From Coraliomargarita sp. (GTDB lineage: Bacteria > Verrucomicrobiota > Verrucomicrobiia > Opitutales > Coraliomargaritaceae), in assembly GCA_965216325.1 (NCBI GenBank), contig OZ244160.1:2880001-2944000 (forward strand): DNA of 64,000 nucleotides. The letters are read 5' to 3'. The notes under the pieces are model-generated. The model had not been told where the DNA came from, made no database searches, and saw only the letters and a list, made by a program, of their open reading frames with translations. The position numbers and the translations under genes are program-made. Shown here piece after piece: positions 41,181 through 50,446 of the stretch (within the stretch, counting starts at the first letter, position 1; the number at the start of each line of letters is the position of its first letter).

Positions 41181-41713
41181 CGTTGGATCGCGAAGCAACT
41201 GAGCATTCGCAGGGCTCCGAAGGTTACACCAGTCCAATGGGGCTTGCCGCGCGTTTGAAGAAACCGCAGATGCAACTCGATATCGTGCCGGTATTGGATC
41301 TTGTTGTAATTGCTTTGTTGATGAGCTTGGTGTTTACACGCTTTGTGATTGTGCCAGGTGTGCGGGTGGATTTGCCTGCGACGGATCTGCGCTTACAGCA
41401 CAGTGCGGATCCTGTTGCAGTTCTGACGATCCAAAATCGCGGTATGCTTTTCTTTGATGGAAGTGTGTATGCCTTGGATACGATCAATAATGCGTTTCGT
41501 TCCTACATTGCCGATTCAGGACGTGAGGACGTGGTATTGCTGATGAAGGCTGAGGCGACCATGCCGCTGCAAGAGTTCCTCGATATCTGTGAAATGGCTG
41601 AGCGGGCGGGTTTTTCTCAGGTTCAACTTGCCGGTAAGAAGGTAGAAGTTAGTGAAGGCCTGATCCCCGAGGAATCCTCAGAAAGCCGCGGTTTATTCGA
41701 GCCTGCGATGTGA
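41177..41713 (+). CDS. exbD: ExbD/TolR family protein
   Basis: LDIVPVLDLVVIALL, VDLP, VLLMKAE; overlaps the exbB stop. Confidence 0.85.
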   Translation: MTLDREATEHSQGSEGYTSPMGLAARLKKPQMQLDIVPVLDLVVIALLMSLVFTRFVIVPGVRVDLPATDLRLQHSADPVAVLTIQNRGMLFFDGSVYALDTINNAFRSYIADSGREDVVLLMKAEATMPLQEFLDICEMAERAGFSQVQLAGKKVEVSEGLIPEESSESRGLFEPAM

Positions 41714-42480
41714 TGAGCGACGCTTACGAACAGTCGGTAAGTCTGCGTCCAAGTCGCTCACAGCGGGTCATCTCACCGGTGTTGCGTGTTTCTTTGCTGC
41801 TTGGTGTTGCTGTGCACCTGGTTGGCTTTTTGATTTTCAAGGTGCGTTCGAATCCATTGCCGTCCCGGGGCGATCCATCGGCCTATGTGGAGTATGTTTC
41901 GCAGGGCCATATGAGTGAAGATACGGAGCTCCAAGAGAAGGCTATGTTATTTGATTCGGCTCCGCTGTTTATCCCAACCCCGTGGAATGTTGCGGCGCAA
42001 GCGTATGAAACACACTTAACAGTTGGTAATTGGACCTTTCCATACCTTGAGCCGGAAATCAATTTGGTTGAAGCTTTGCAGCCTTCGGTTGGCTTGGTTT
42101 TAGATGTTGATGAGGTGAATGAGCCTATGGATTTGTTGGCATCGGCGCACTGGTCGTTCTTTGACGGATTTGTTGGTGAGTCAGATTCAGTCGAGCCGTT
42201 TCCCGACCCGAAGCCATTTGCGGAAGTGCGAGTTGTTGGAAGCTCTCGGTTAGAACGCATGCCGATTGAGGGGCTGACTTTCGAAGGGCAACGTGTGCGT
42301 AATCCGGTCACATACTGGATGCGGGTCTCTTCGGGGATGACGCAGGCTTTGGACCCTTTGTTGGGCAACAGCTCGGGTAGTCGTCTATTTGATGAGTCGG
42401 TGCTTGCGTGGTTGAAGCGCCCGATGACGCAGGTGCGTCTGCCGGACGGGTATCTCTTCATTACGGTGTATCCCGAGTGA
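41710..42480 (+). CDS. TonB/TolA-like energy transducer
   Basis: Single N-terminal TM with His (SLLLGVAVHL); C-terminal SSGSRLFDESVL resembles TonB_C; follows exbBD. Confidence 0.6.
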   Translation: MMSDAYEQSVSLRPSRSQRVISPVLRVSLLLGVAVHLVGFLIFKVRSNPLPSRGDPSAYVEYVSQGHMSEDTELQEKAMLFDSAPLFIPTPWNVAAQAYETHLTVGNWTFPYLEPEINLVEALQPSVGLVLDVDEVNEPMDLLASAHWSFFDGFVGESDSVEPFPDPKPFAEVRVVGSSRLERMPIEGLTFEGQRVRNPVTYWMRVSSGMTQALDPLLGNSSGSRLFDESVLAWLKRPMTQVRLPDGYLFITVYPE

Positions 42481-42620
42481 TTGTAGGAAGACTCTCAGTC
42501 ATCTCACAACTCGGGACGAAGCGTTTGCTTGTGTTCGTGAGATTCATCGACTCGTTTTTGCGTGACTAGCCATTCCCGCTTGCGGGGGCGCGATACAATG
42601 GCCTAAGTTCTCTGTGAAAT

Positions 42621-43109
42621 ATGTGTAGTGAGCAGCAGACTTCCGACTCAGCGATTCTTGATCAACTGCAGGAATTGACCGCCTCGTGGACGGAGCGCCC
42701 GTCATGGGATGCTTATTTTATGGCGACCGCGCTGCTGATGTCCTCACGTTCCAGTTGTGAACGCTTGCATGTCGGTTGTGTGGTTGTCTCGGGCGGCGAT
42801 CAGAAAAACCGCATTATCGCTGCGGGCTACAATGGTTTTTTGCCTGGTGCGCCGCACACGTCGCGTGTGCGTGATGGACACGAGCAAGCGACTGTGCATG
42901 CCGAGCAAAATGCGATCAGCGACGCTGCTAGGCGTGGTGTCTCGCTCGAGGGCGCGACTGTCTATATTACCCATTTTCCGTGCATCAATTGCGCGAAAAT
43001 TCTCGCAGCGGCTGGAATCGCAATGATCAAATATCGTCAAGATTATCGGAACGACGAGCTCGTGGTTGAACTCTTGCAAGGCAGTGGAGTTGCCATCGAA
43101 CAACTGTAG
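42621..43109 (+). CDS. dCMP deaminase/ComEB family protein
   Basis: RPSWDAYFM, GYNG, HAEQNAI, PCINC. Confidence 0.92.
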   Translation: MCSEQQTSDSAILDQLQELTASWTERPSWDAYFMATALLMSSRSSCERLHVGCVVVSGGDQKNRIIAAGYNGFLPGAPHTSRVRDGHEQATVHAEQNAISDAARRGVSLEGATVYITHFPCINCAKILAAAGIAMIKYRQDYRNDELVVELLQGSGVAIEQL

Positions 43110-43111
43110 CG

Positions 43112-43699
43112 ATGCGTTTCTCTGGAGATTATGACGACCCGCGTGAGGGCGAACAAACCTTGCTGCCCATGGCAGGGTCGCTCCTGCTGGCGCACCCCTC
43201 CATGCAGGATCCGAACTTTCGGCACGCTGTCGTGCTGCTGACCGCACATTCCATCGAGGACGGCGCGCTGGGCGTCATCGTCAATCGGCCTCTGGGGCAG
43301 ACACTCGGCGGCTTCGATGCTGACATGGCGGCCACCGATCTTTCAGATATTCCGCTCTACGAGGGCGGTCCGGTCGCCTCGGATCGCTTGATCCTCGTTG
43401 CGTGGAAATGGGTGGAGGCGGATAGTAGCTTTAAACTCTTCTTTGGCATCGACGTCGACAAGGCTCGCGTGCTGATGGACGAAGACCCCGAATTTCGATT
43501 TCGCGGCTTTCTGGGGCACTCCGGCTGGACTGGAGGACAACTCGAAGGCGAGTTGGATCAAGAAGCCTGGTTGGTCTCGCCCCTCGCAGCCGAGATCGAT
43601 ACCTTGGAAGGGGAGGCTGCCTGGCGCACGATACTGGCTTACAACAGCCCTGAAATGCGTATCTTAGCCGACGAGCCGGATGATCTGTCGCTCAACTGA
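43112..43699 (+). CDS. YqgE/AlgH family protein
   Basis: LLAHPSMQDPNF, GVIVNRP, GGPV, GHSGWTGGQLEGE. Confidence 0.92.
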   Translation: MRFSGDYDDPREGEQTLLPMAGSLLLAHPSMQDPNFRHAVVLLTAHSIEDGALGVIVNRPLGQTLGGFDADMAATDLSDIPLYEGGPVASDRLILVAWKWVEADSSFKLFFGIDVDKARVLMDEDPEFRFRGFLGHSGWTGGQLEGELDQEAWLVSPLAAEIDTLEGEAAWRTILAYNSPEMRILADEPDDLSLN

Positions 43700-43801
43700 T
43701 CTGGCTGTTTTTTCTCTGTTTTCAGCGGAAAAACTTTCTTGATTTGCCATTGACAGTAGGGGGTGCGGACCCTTTTTTCTCCCATTCTTCAAATTTTTGC
43801 C

Positions 43802-43927
43802 ATGAAAGTAGCATCATCACTCAAAACTCTTAAGAACCGCCACCCTGACTGCCAAGTCGTTCGTCGTAAGGGGCGTGTCTACGTAATTTGCAAGTCCAAC
43901 CCACGCTTCAAGGCGCGTCAGGGCTAA
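43802..43927 (+). CDS. rpmJ: 50S ribosomal protein L36 (type B); not in the ORF track
   Basis: [41 protein letters not shown]. Confidence 0.96.
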   Translation: MKVASSLKTLKNRHPDCQVVRRKGRVYVICKSNPRFKARQG

Positions 43928-43952
43928 TTAGAAACCTCGAAAGGAATTTACC

Positions 43953-44198
43953 GTGAAAGCTGATATCCATCCTGCGCTCAACCCGGTTGCCTTCGTCGAC
44001 GTTTCGACAGGCACTAAGTATCTGACTCGCTCCACTATGCGTGGCAGCAAGACTGAGGTCATCGACGGTGTAGAGCACCAAGTCGTGATCTGCGACATCA
44101 CTGCAGACTCCCACCCAGCTTACACTGGTGAGAAGCGCTTCGTCGACACCGCTGGTCGTGTTGAGAAGTTCCAGTCCAAGTTCCGTCGCCGTCGCTAG
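43953..44198 (+). CDS. rpmE: 50S ribosomal protein L31 (type B)
   Basis: MKADIHP..VAFVDVSTG..SHPAYTG..DTAGRVEKF; no CxC/CxxC. Confidence 0.95.
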   Translation: MKADIHPALNPVAFVDVSTGTKYLTRSTMRGSKTEVIDGVEHQVVICDITADSHPAYTGEKRFVDTAGRVEKFQSKFRRRR

Positions 44199-44228
44199 TT
44201 CGGCACAGTCCACGAGACATCAATTTTC

Positions 44229-44265
44229 AAAAAGCTCCGTCGCTCAACAGCGCGGGGCTTTTTTT
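44229..44265 (+). terminator. Rho-independent terminator
   Basis: AAAAAGCTCCG...CGGGGCTTTTTTT. Confidence 0.8.
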
Positions 44266-44276
44266 GTGTCTAGATT

Positions 44277-44336
44277 GTAGGGCTCGTGCTTGCGCGATGC
44301 CAACGATGGATGGCGCTTGGCAAGCAAAGGCCCTAG
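44277..44336. repeat. GTAG-type REP doublet, family B
   Basis: GTAGGGCTCGTGCTTGC...GCAAGCAAAGGCCCTAG. Confidence 0.85.
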
Positions 44337-44629
44337 GTATCAAACCGACTCTCAGCATCCAGGGCCGCATTGAGAATTCTGACAATCTGAACCGTGGACT
44401 CGTCGCGCACGAAGAAGATTACGTAGCGCTTATGTGGAATACTGAGTAATCCGGCATGCAGTTCATCCCTTTGCCGACCAATACCATCGAGGTTTGCGAT
44501 GGAGCAGCACTTCTTGTAGAGCTCGTCGATAAATGCGTCGGCCGCGTTCGAATTGTCTTGCGTGATGAAGTCCCAAATCGACTCAAGGTCGTATATCGCT
44601 TCCTGCGATATGTACAGTGACCTAGACAT
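44333..44629 (-). CDS. parE: ParE/RelE family toxin
   Basis: ISQEAIYDLESIWDFI..GRQRDEL..RYVIFF..VQIVRIL; start at 44629 overlaps the antitoxin stop. Confidence 0.9.
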   Translation of the reverse strand: MSRSLYISQEAIYDLESIWDFITQDNSNAADAFIDELYKKCCSIANLDGIGRQRDELHAGLLSIPHKRYVIFFVRDESTVQIVRILNAALDAESRFDT

Positions 44630-44885
44630 TCTGGTGGGAGCGTCCGTCTTGCTTGATTTTGCTGAGCAAGGCAGGGGTGAATTCCTGACTGTCACCTGAC
44701 TTGAGTTGTTCAACGCCAATCTGGATTTCGGACTTCAGGGCTTCGATTCGTTTTAGCTTCTGATCCTCAAACTGGTGGAGGGTGCGCAAGGCGTCGCGAA
44801 TAACCTCAGAGGAGGAGCTATAGAGGCCAGTTTCAACCTTGGATTGAACCCACTTTTCCAGCTCAGGCGTTAAGGATACGTTCAT
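44622..44885 (-). CDS. parD: ParD family (RHH) antitoxin
   Basis: MNVSLTPELEKWVQSKVETGLYSSSSEVIRDALR. Confidence 0.92.
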   Translation of the reverse strand: MNVSLTPELEKWVQSKVETGLYSSSSEVIRDALRTLHQFEDQKLKRIEALKSEIQIGVEQLKSGDSQEFTPALLSKIKQDGRSHQNV

Positions 44886-44903
44886 GTGCTGGAAAAGTGC
44901 TTA

Positions 44904-44932
44904 AATAACCAAGAATGTCAATTTTTGTTATT
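44904..44932 (-). promoter_or_regulatory. parDE promoter/operator
   Basis: Inverted repeat AATAACCAAGAAT / ATTTTTGTTATT surrounds a TTGACA on the minus strand (44921-44916). Confidence 0.55.
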
Positions 44933-44938
44933 GAGTAA

Positions 44939-45310
44939 CTAGCTCGTGAATAGGAAGCGAACGAGTGCCAAACCGAATGCGAAGAGGAATCCGTAGAAGA
45001 ACTGCTCCATGCGCACGGTTGCCTTGCCTTTGCGGTTTCGGACTCTGCCAATCGTGAGCATGATGAATCCGAGGAGAATCGGTGTGCTCAGCAGATTCAC
45101 CAGTTTCAGCCCTTCAGTCTGGATAAAGGACTCGGGGAAGATCAATAGGCTGGCAAAGCCCAGGCATGCCCCGAAGGTCAAATAGCCCAGCGCAGCCAGG
45201 TGTGGGCTCAGCTCTTTTCGCCGAGCGGACTTATGAATACCAAAATCAGCAATCGCCTCACAGATGAACTGTAGAAAGAGTTCAGCGAGGAGCTCTAGGA
45301 GGATTTCCAT
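44939..45310 (-). CDS. Hypothetical membrane protein
   Basis: 123 aa with 3-4 hydrophobic segments. Confidence 0.7.
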   Translation of the reverse strand: MEILLELLAELFLQFICEAIADFGIHKSARRKELSPHLAALGYLTFGACLGFASLLIFPESFIQTEGLKLVNLLSTPILLGFIMLTIGRVRNRKGKATVRMEQFFYGFLFAFGLALVRFLFTS

Positions 45311-45351
45311 GCAGGTAGGGAGCGCCTTGCCGATCGGGGGGGGGGCTGACC

Positions 45352-45645
45352 TTATTCTGGCCAGACGAGCTCATCTGATTCTTCAAACATCTCATGTATT
45401 GAAGAGGGCTCGGGCTGCATATTCGGGCAGAAATACTCATCCTCTGCCGCCTGTTCAAACGAGATCCACTTTCCCGAGCCAGGTGCAATTCTCTTTACTT
45501 GGGCAGCGCTTGGATCTCCCTCGCAATCGAGTAAATGAAGCCAGTTGATTTCTTCTGGTTCTTCGGTGAGGAGATAGACAGACATCGTTCGGTTTTTCCA
45601 TTTCACGATGTAAAGGTTCCATTCAAATGAGAGTTTTTTGATCAT
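45352..45645 (-). CDS. Hypothetical acidic protein
   Basis: 97-aa ORF, AT-rich, no competing frame. Confidence 0.5.
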   Translation of the reverse strand: MIKKLSFEWNLYIVKWKNRTMSVYLLTEEPEEINWLHLLDCEGDPSAAQVKRIAPGSGKWISFEQAAEDEYFCPNMQPEPSSIHEMFEESDELVWPE

Positions 45646-45739
45646 TTTTTCTTGTAGAAAACGTTATGCGTTCGGTCTCTATATTGACCCTGACGGCCAT
45701 GAGTCAAACGGCAATATGGTAAGAGGTTTGAGTGTCTTG

Positions 45740-47395
45740 TTAAATGCTAGATGTTGAGTAACCAAGGCCGACGGCAATCAGTAGAGCTATCGGTGCTCCT
45801 ATCAGAAACCAGCCATGTGCTCGCTTTGATCGGAAGTGGTGTAGGAACAGCAGCCCGAAGAACAGTCCGAGTGCACCGTAGCTAATCCAGAGTGAAAAGC
45901 CTTTGCAGGGGAGAATGGCTCCGGGGAGCTTCGTCCAGAGGACTACCAGTGCATCCATCGCTGAAAGGACAAGCCATGCCGAGTGGTTAATGAAGCTGCA
46001 GAGCCACGGGACGTAGAGCAGGGCGGCAGTGAGCGCGATGACCCCGCCGCTAATGACTAGCGCGGCTAGGTTGACCAGTAGCATGTTCAGCACGATGGCG
46101 CCCGGTGCGATGAATTCAAAGAGACCGGCGCTGAGTGGCGTGCTGGCGAGCCATGCGGAGAAACTGATGGCAAAGAGGAGTGCCAGTTTATCGAGGAACC
46201 AATGAATACTGCGTTGCCAGATCGCCCAGTCACTTTGTGGCAGCCAGCGGAAGAGTTGCAGTCGTTCGCGGATAATTTGATAGAGCGGTAAGCCAAGTAA
46301 GAGAATGCTCAGCACCACCGCGTAGGACAGCTGGAAGCCGACGCTCCAGAGTTGGGCGGGCTGAATGAGGAGCACGAACGCCGCGGATGCCACCAGCGCG
46401 GCAAATGGCGAGCGCTGTCGTTGAAAAGCGAAGCTCGCCCAGAAAAATAGGGTCATCAGGAACGCGCGCACGGCGGAGGGGGGCGCGCCGGTGATTTCGA
46501 CGTAGAGATAGAGCAGTGGTAAACCGATGAAGGGGCTCATACGACGCGGAACCCGCAGCAGGGCGAGTCCCTGTGCAATCACGGTCGCGATGACACCGAT
46601 ATGTAGTCCACTGATGGCAAAAAAATGCATGGTTCCCGTCATGCGATAGCGCTCGCTTTGGTCCTTGCTGAGCGCGACTTTGCGGCCGAGCAGCATCGCT
46701 TGATAGACATTCGACAGCTCGGACTCAGGTGGTGAGCCCAGTTGCAGGAAATCTTGAAAGCGGGCATTCATCTGCTGGCAAAAGTGATCAAAGCCTGAGG
46801 ATGAGCGCAGCATGGTAATGGCGCCGTTACGATCGAAGCGGTGATGGACCCCGATATCTTTGAGATAGGTTTGAAAGCTGCGTTTCTTAGGTGTGTTTGG
46901 AGTCGGCAGCGGTGTCAGGACGCCAGTGGTTTGTAGCCATTGCCCACGTTGGATAGTCAGGGACGAGCTCTCGTCTGGCTTGAGGCGAAAATAGATCGAG
47001 GCACCTGGCCGGATTCGGCTTAGTTCAGGTGCTTCGCGAACCATGGCGATGCCACTCGTGCTGCCATGTGTGCTCTTGGGCTGAAAAATTCGTTGCACGT
47101 CCAGAACCAGCATCGCCTCGCGCTCGGGCAGCGCGAGTGTCCTCTGATCTGGAGTCTGTGGCAGCCGAACTAAGCCATAGGCCCAGAAGAGCAGCGTGGC
47201 AGCTGTCAAAAAAGAGGCGGTCCATTGCCATTGATGTTGATTGCGGAGCAATGCGAGTAAGCCGAGCGCCGTCGCAAGGCCAATCAAGAGTCCTGTATGC
47301 ACCGTGGTAAATTTGCTGAGTAGCAGCCCTGAGATCATCCCTGCGAGTAAGTAAAGCAGTGGCGCACGGAGGAGGGTTGGCTGCTTTTCATGCAT
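45740..47395 (-). CDS. comEC: ComEC/Rec2 competence protein (no beta-lactamase domain)
   Basis: AMLLG, TGTMHFFAISGLHIG, PSAVRA, GFQLSY. Confidence 0.92.
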   Translation of the reverse strand: MHEKQPTLLRAPLLYLLAGMISGLLLSKFTTVHTGLLIGLATALGLLALLRNQHQWQWTASFLTAATLLFWAYGLVRLPQTPDQRTLALPEREAMLVLDVQRIFQPKSTHGSTSGIAMVREAPELSRIRPGASIYFRLKPDESSSLTIQRGQWLQTTGVLTPLPTPNTPKKRSFQTYLKDIGVHHRFDRNGAITMLRSSSGFDHFCQQMNARFQDFLQLGSPPESELSNVYQAMLLGRKVALSKDQSERYRMTGTMHFFAISGLHIGVIATVIAQGLALLRVPRRMSPFIGLPLLYLYVEITGAPPSAVRAFLMTLFFWASFAFQRQRSPFAALVASAAFVLLIQPAQLWSVGFQLSYAVVLSILLLGLPLYQIIRERLQLFRWLPQSDWAIWQRSIHWFLDKLALLFAISFSAWLASTPLSAGLFEFIAPGAIVLNMLLVNLAALVISGGVIALTAALLYVPWLCSFINHSAWLVLSAMDALVVLWTKLPGAILPCKGFSLWISYGALGLFFGLLFLHHFRSKRAHGWFLIGAPIALLIAVGLGYSTSSI

Positions 47396-47491
47396 AGTAA
47401 CAATACGTTAGCTAAGTATTGCCAAATTGTTCGATCTTGCAAGTGAGGCGGGTGCCTTTGATGGGCAAATGTATTGTGATTTCTGGTTGTG

Positions 47492-47581
47492 GTAGCGCAG
47501 GCGCGTCTCGCACCGTATCCATGAACACATTTCAAGTCGGGCTGCTTTGACCTGGTGCGCACCGAGACGGTGCTGCGCTAC
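47492..47581. repeat. GTAG-type REP doublet (family E-like)
   Basis: GTAGCGCAGGCGCGTCTCGCACC...GCACCGAGACGGTGCTGCGCTAC. Confidence 0.75.
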
Positions 47582-47607
47582 TCTTTGAAATAGAAATTAA
47601 TAAACAA

Positions 47608-47729
47608 GTAGGGCAGCTTCGGCGAGGCTACCGTTCGCTAAATTTATTTGTTTGAGGCTTCTTGAGGAAGCGGTCATTTCGACAGGCTCAAGACCCTGAG
47701 CTTGCCGAAGGGCAGGATGACACTTCTAC
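47608..47729. repeat. Composite REP with nested TTCGACAGGCTCA/CCCTGAGCTTGCCGAAGGG element
   Basis: GTAGGGCAGCTTCGGCGAGGCTACCGTT (47608-47635); AAGCGGTCAT[47678-47713]AGGATGACACTTCTAC. Confidence 0.75.
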
Positions 47730-47738
47730 TTTACTGAT

Positions 47739-49079
47739 ATGGCAGATGCTTCGGGACAGTCCGGTTTGTTTGATTCTGAATCGAGTGGTGTGGAGGATTC
47801 CGCGCCGCGCCCGTTGGCGGTGCGTATGCGTCCGCGTGGACTGTCGGAAGTGATTGGGCAGGATCACATTGTGGGCGAGGGTTGTCTATTGCCGCGCCTC
47901 ATTCAGGCCGACAATTTTGGCAGTTTGATTTTTTACGGTCCGCCGGGCTGCGGGAAGACCTCGCTGGCGGAAGTCATTGCCGCTGAAACCGAGAGCAAGT
48001 TCGTGCGGATCAATGCGGTGTTGTCGAATGTGGCCGAGTTGCGCGATATTCTGCGACTTGCACGCTATGAGCGGGCCAAGCGCACCATACTGTTTATCGA
48101 CGAGATTCACCGTTTCAATAAGTCGCAGCAGGACTTGTTGCTGCCTGATGTGGAGGCGGGCAATATCCGCCTGATCGGAGCGACCACCCATAATCCAGGC
48201 TTCTATGTGAATGCGCCGCTGTTGAGCCGGAGCCATCTGTTTCGTCTAGAACCCGTCGATCTGGAGGCGGTTGCAACTGTGCTGGACCGTGCCCTGAGGG
48301 ACCGCGAGCGGGGGCTCGGTGCACATCGCTGCACTGCGGACGATGCGGTGTTCAAGGCGGTCGCCGAATTTTCCGGTGGCGACCTGCGCCGCGCGCTCAA
48401 TGCCTTGGAAACACTGGTGCTGAGTCAGCCGAATGGTTCACACATTGATGCGGATGCGGTGGAGGCCTTCGCCAAGGAGCGTCAGATTCGCTATGATCGC
48501 GATGAGGACGAGCACTACGACCATGCCTCTGCGATGATCAAGAGTATCCGTGGTTCCGATCCGGATGCGGCGCTGTATTGGGCCTTTAAAATGCTACAGG
48601 GTGGGGAAGAACCGCGCTTTATTGCGCGGCGCTTGGTGATTCTCGCCTCTGAGGATGTTGGTTTGGCAAACACGCATGCGCTGACAGTCGCCGTGGCTGC
48701 CTTTGAGGCTTGTGAACGTGTCGGGATGCCAGAATGCGAATTTACTCTCGCGCATGCCATTCTGTATTTGGCGACTTCGCCGAAGAGCAACTCGGTGACC
48801 CGTGCGATGGGAGCGGTGAAGCGCGCCTTGCGTGAGGAGCCCCTGCAGGCAGTGCCCATGTGGCTGCGTGATGCGCATACCAAAACGAACCAGGCGCTGG
48901 GGCACGGCGAGGGTTATCTTTACAGCCATGAGTTCCCACAGGGTATTTCCGGGCAGGAATATATGCTTGATCCACAGCAGTTCTACGAGCCGGGCACGGC
49001 TGGCGCTGAGGCTTCGACCGCTCAACGACTGGAGCAGTTAAAAAAACTTAAAGCGCAGATTCAAAAGCAGCAGATGTAA
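47739..49079 (+). CDS. rarA: Replication-associated recombination protein A (RarA/MgsA)
   Basis: PLAVRMRP, GPPGCGKT, DEIHRFNKSQQD, GATT, KSIRGSDPDAA, ASEDVG. Confidence 0.96.
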   Translation: MADASGQSGLFDSESSGVEDSAPRPLAVRMRPRGLSEVIGQDHIVGEGCLLPRLIQADNFGSLIFYGPPGCGKTSLAEVIAAETESKFVRINAVLSNVAELRDILRLARYERAKRTILFIDEIHRFNKSQQDLLLPDVEAGNIRLIGATTHNPGFYVNAPLLSRSHLFRLEPVDLEAVATVLDRALRDRERGLGAHRCTADDAVFKAVAEFSGGDLRRALNALETLVLSQPNGSHIDADAVEAFAKERQIRYDRDEDEHYDHASAMIKSIRGSDPDAALYWAFKMLQGGEEPRFIARRLVILASEDVGLANTHALTVAVAAFEACERVGMPECEFTLAHAILYLATSPKSNSVTRAMGAVKRALREEPLQAVPMWLRDAHTKTNQALGHGEGYLYSHEFPQGISGQEYMLDPQQFYEPGTAGAEASTAQRLEQLKKLKAQIQKQQM

Positions 49080-49105
49080 GGCGGAGGTTGGTCTTTGTAG
49101 TGAAT

Positions 49106-49187
49106 GCTAGCGTAGCAGCGTCCTCGCTGCGTATGACGACATCTTGAATCTAAGTTTAGAGTGCTGTGGCAGAGTATCTCCGCTAGC
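49106..49187. repeat. Degenerate REP (family E)
   Basis: TAGCGTAGCAGCGTCCTCGCTGC resembles the reverse complement of 34771-34797. Confidence 0.55.
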
Positions 49188-49241
49188 TTTGGTGCCCAGT
49201 TTTAATTGCACCTCTGCTAAGTTTATCTAATCTGTGCTAAT

Positions 49242-49715
49242 ATGAAATGTTCCTCCAAGTGCTTACTCTGCTTTTATATGCTAATTGCCTCGCTCGCCTT
49301 TGCACAAGAGGCTGAAGAAAAAGTGATTCCCGAAGAGGAAAGTTCGCCGCCGTTTCAAGTCGGGCAGCTTGCAGATAGGGCTGGCTACGATATTGAATTA
49401 GCAGAGGGGGGCTATGTGAACTTTCGTTTTGTGAATGGACGCATGCGGGTGTATTTTTTCGACGAAGACCGTTTGGTGATCGAGCCAAGTTCGACGACCG
49501 GCAGTGTGCGTTTTCACAAAACGGTTGCCGGTAAAAAATTCTACGCTTTGAGCCCTATTGATGGTGATGTTGGTTTAGGAAATTATGAGTTTATTCCCTA
49601 TCCTCATACTTATAATTTGGTCCTTAACCTCAAGGATCCGGATAGTGGTGCGATGCGCACAAATGCCATACGCTACGTTCAGCGCATGAATGATGCGCCA
49701 GAGGGTGTGGAATAA
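49242..49715 (+). CDS. Hypothetical secreted protein
   Basis: Signal peptide ending AFA; 157 aa. Confidence 0.75.
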   Translation: MKCSSKCLLCFYMLIASLAFAQEAEEKVIPEEESSPPFQVGQLADRAGYDIELAEGGYVNFRFVNGRMRVYFFDEDRLVIEPSSTTGSVRFHKTVAGKKFYALSPIDGDVGLGNYEFIPYPHTYNLVLNLKDPDSGAMRTNAIRYVQRMNDAPEGVE

Positions 49716-49753
49716 TTTGGCACAAAACGCGCTTAGTTTGGACTGAGAACGCT

Positions 49754-50236
49754 ATGGATTTGGGACAATTGTTTAAGCGCTGGCTGCTCATCGCAGTCGG
49801 CGTATTGATTGCTTCGCATACCTCGGGAGGGATACATTATGAGAGCAACGGTGCCTTGTTGGTCGCGGTTTTGCTGCTTAGCTTCTGCAATGTGTTTCTT
49901 AAGCCATTGCTAATGCTATTTTCTTTGCCGTTTATCGTGCTGACCTTTGGCCTAGGCATCTGGTTTATTAACGCTTTGCTATTTTTGTTGGTCGGTAGTC
50001 TGGTGAGCGGTTTTACTGTAAATGGCTTTGGGAGTGCACTCTGGGGCGCGCTAGTCGTTAGTTTTACCGGGCTTATTGCAAATACCTTGTTCGGCGATCC
50101 AGCACAGCGGCAGGGTGTGAATATCCACGTCCAGCGTGATGGAGTGCCTCCTCGGCAGTCGCAGCAAGCTCAGGATCCGAATGTCCAGCGTCGACCGCAC
50201 CGCGAGATTCGTGATGATGATGTGATCGATATTTAG
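49754..50236 (+). CDS. YvlD-like 4-TM membrane protein (phage holin family 4_2)
   Basis: LKPLLMLFSLPFIVLTFGLGIWFINALL, GFGSALWGAL. Confidence 0.85.
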   Translation: MDLGQLFKRWLLIAVGVLIASHTSGGIHYESNGALLVAVLLLSFCNVFLKPLLMLFSLPFIVLTFGLGIWFINALLFLLVGSLVSGFTVNGFGSALWGALVVSFTGLIANTLFGDPAQRQGVNIHVQRDGVPPRQSQQAQDPNVQRRPHREIRDDDVIDI

Positions 50237-50238
50237 AC

Positions 50239-50313
<75 letters not shown>

Positions 50314-50446
50314 TTGTCAGACGCGTAGCATTTGGACTCCAAGAGGCGGGTCAACGCTGAATCCTGTGTTCCGTGCTTGAAAAGTAGTTGGATCGTCTGT
50401 GTTTTAACGCTTCCTATCGATTAATACGTTTCAACCACTGTCATCT

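Noticed and set aside
45646..45740. Integron attC site upstream of the orphan ORFs
   Set aside because: Only a GTTATGC-like heptamer; no paired R'/R'' boxes and no integrase.
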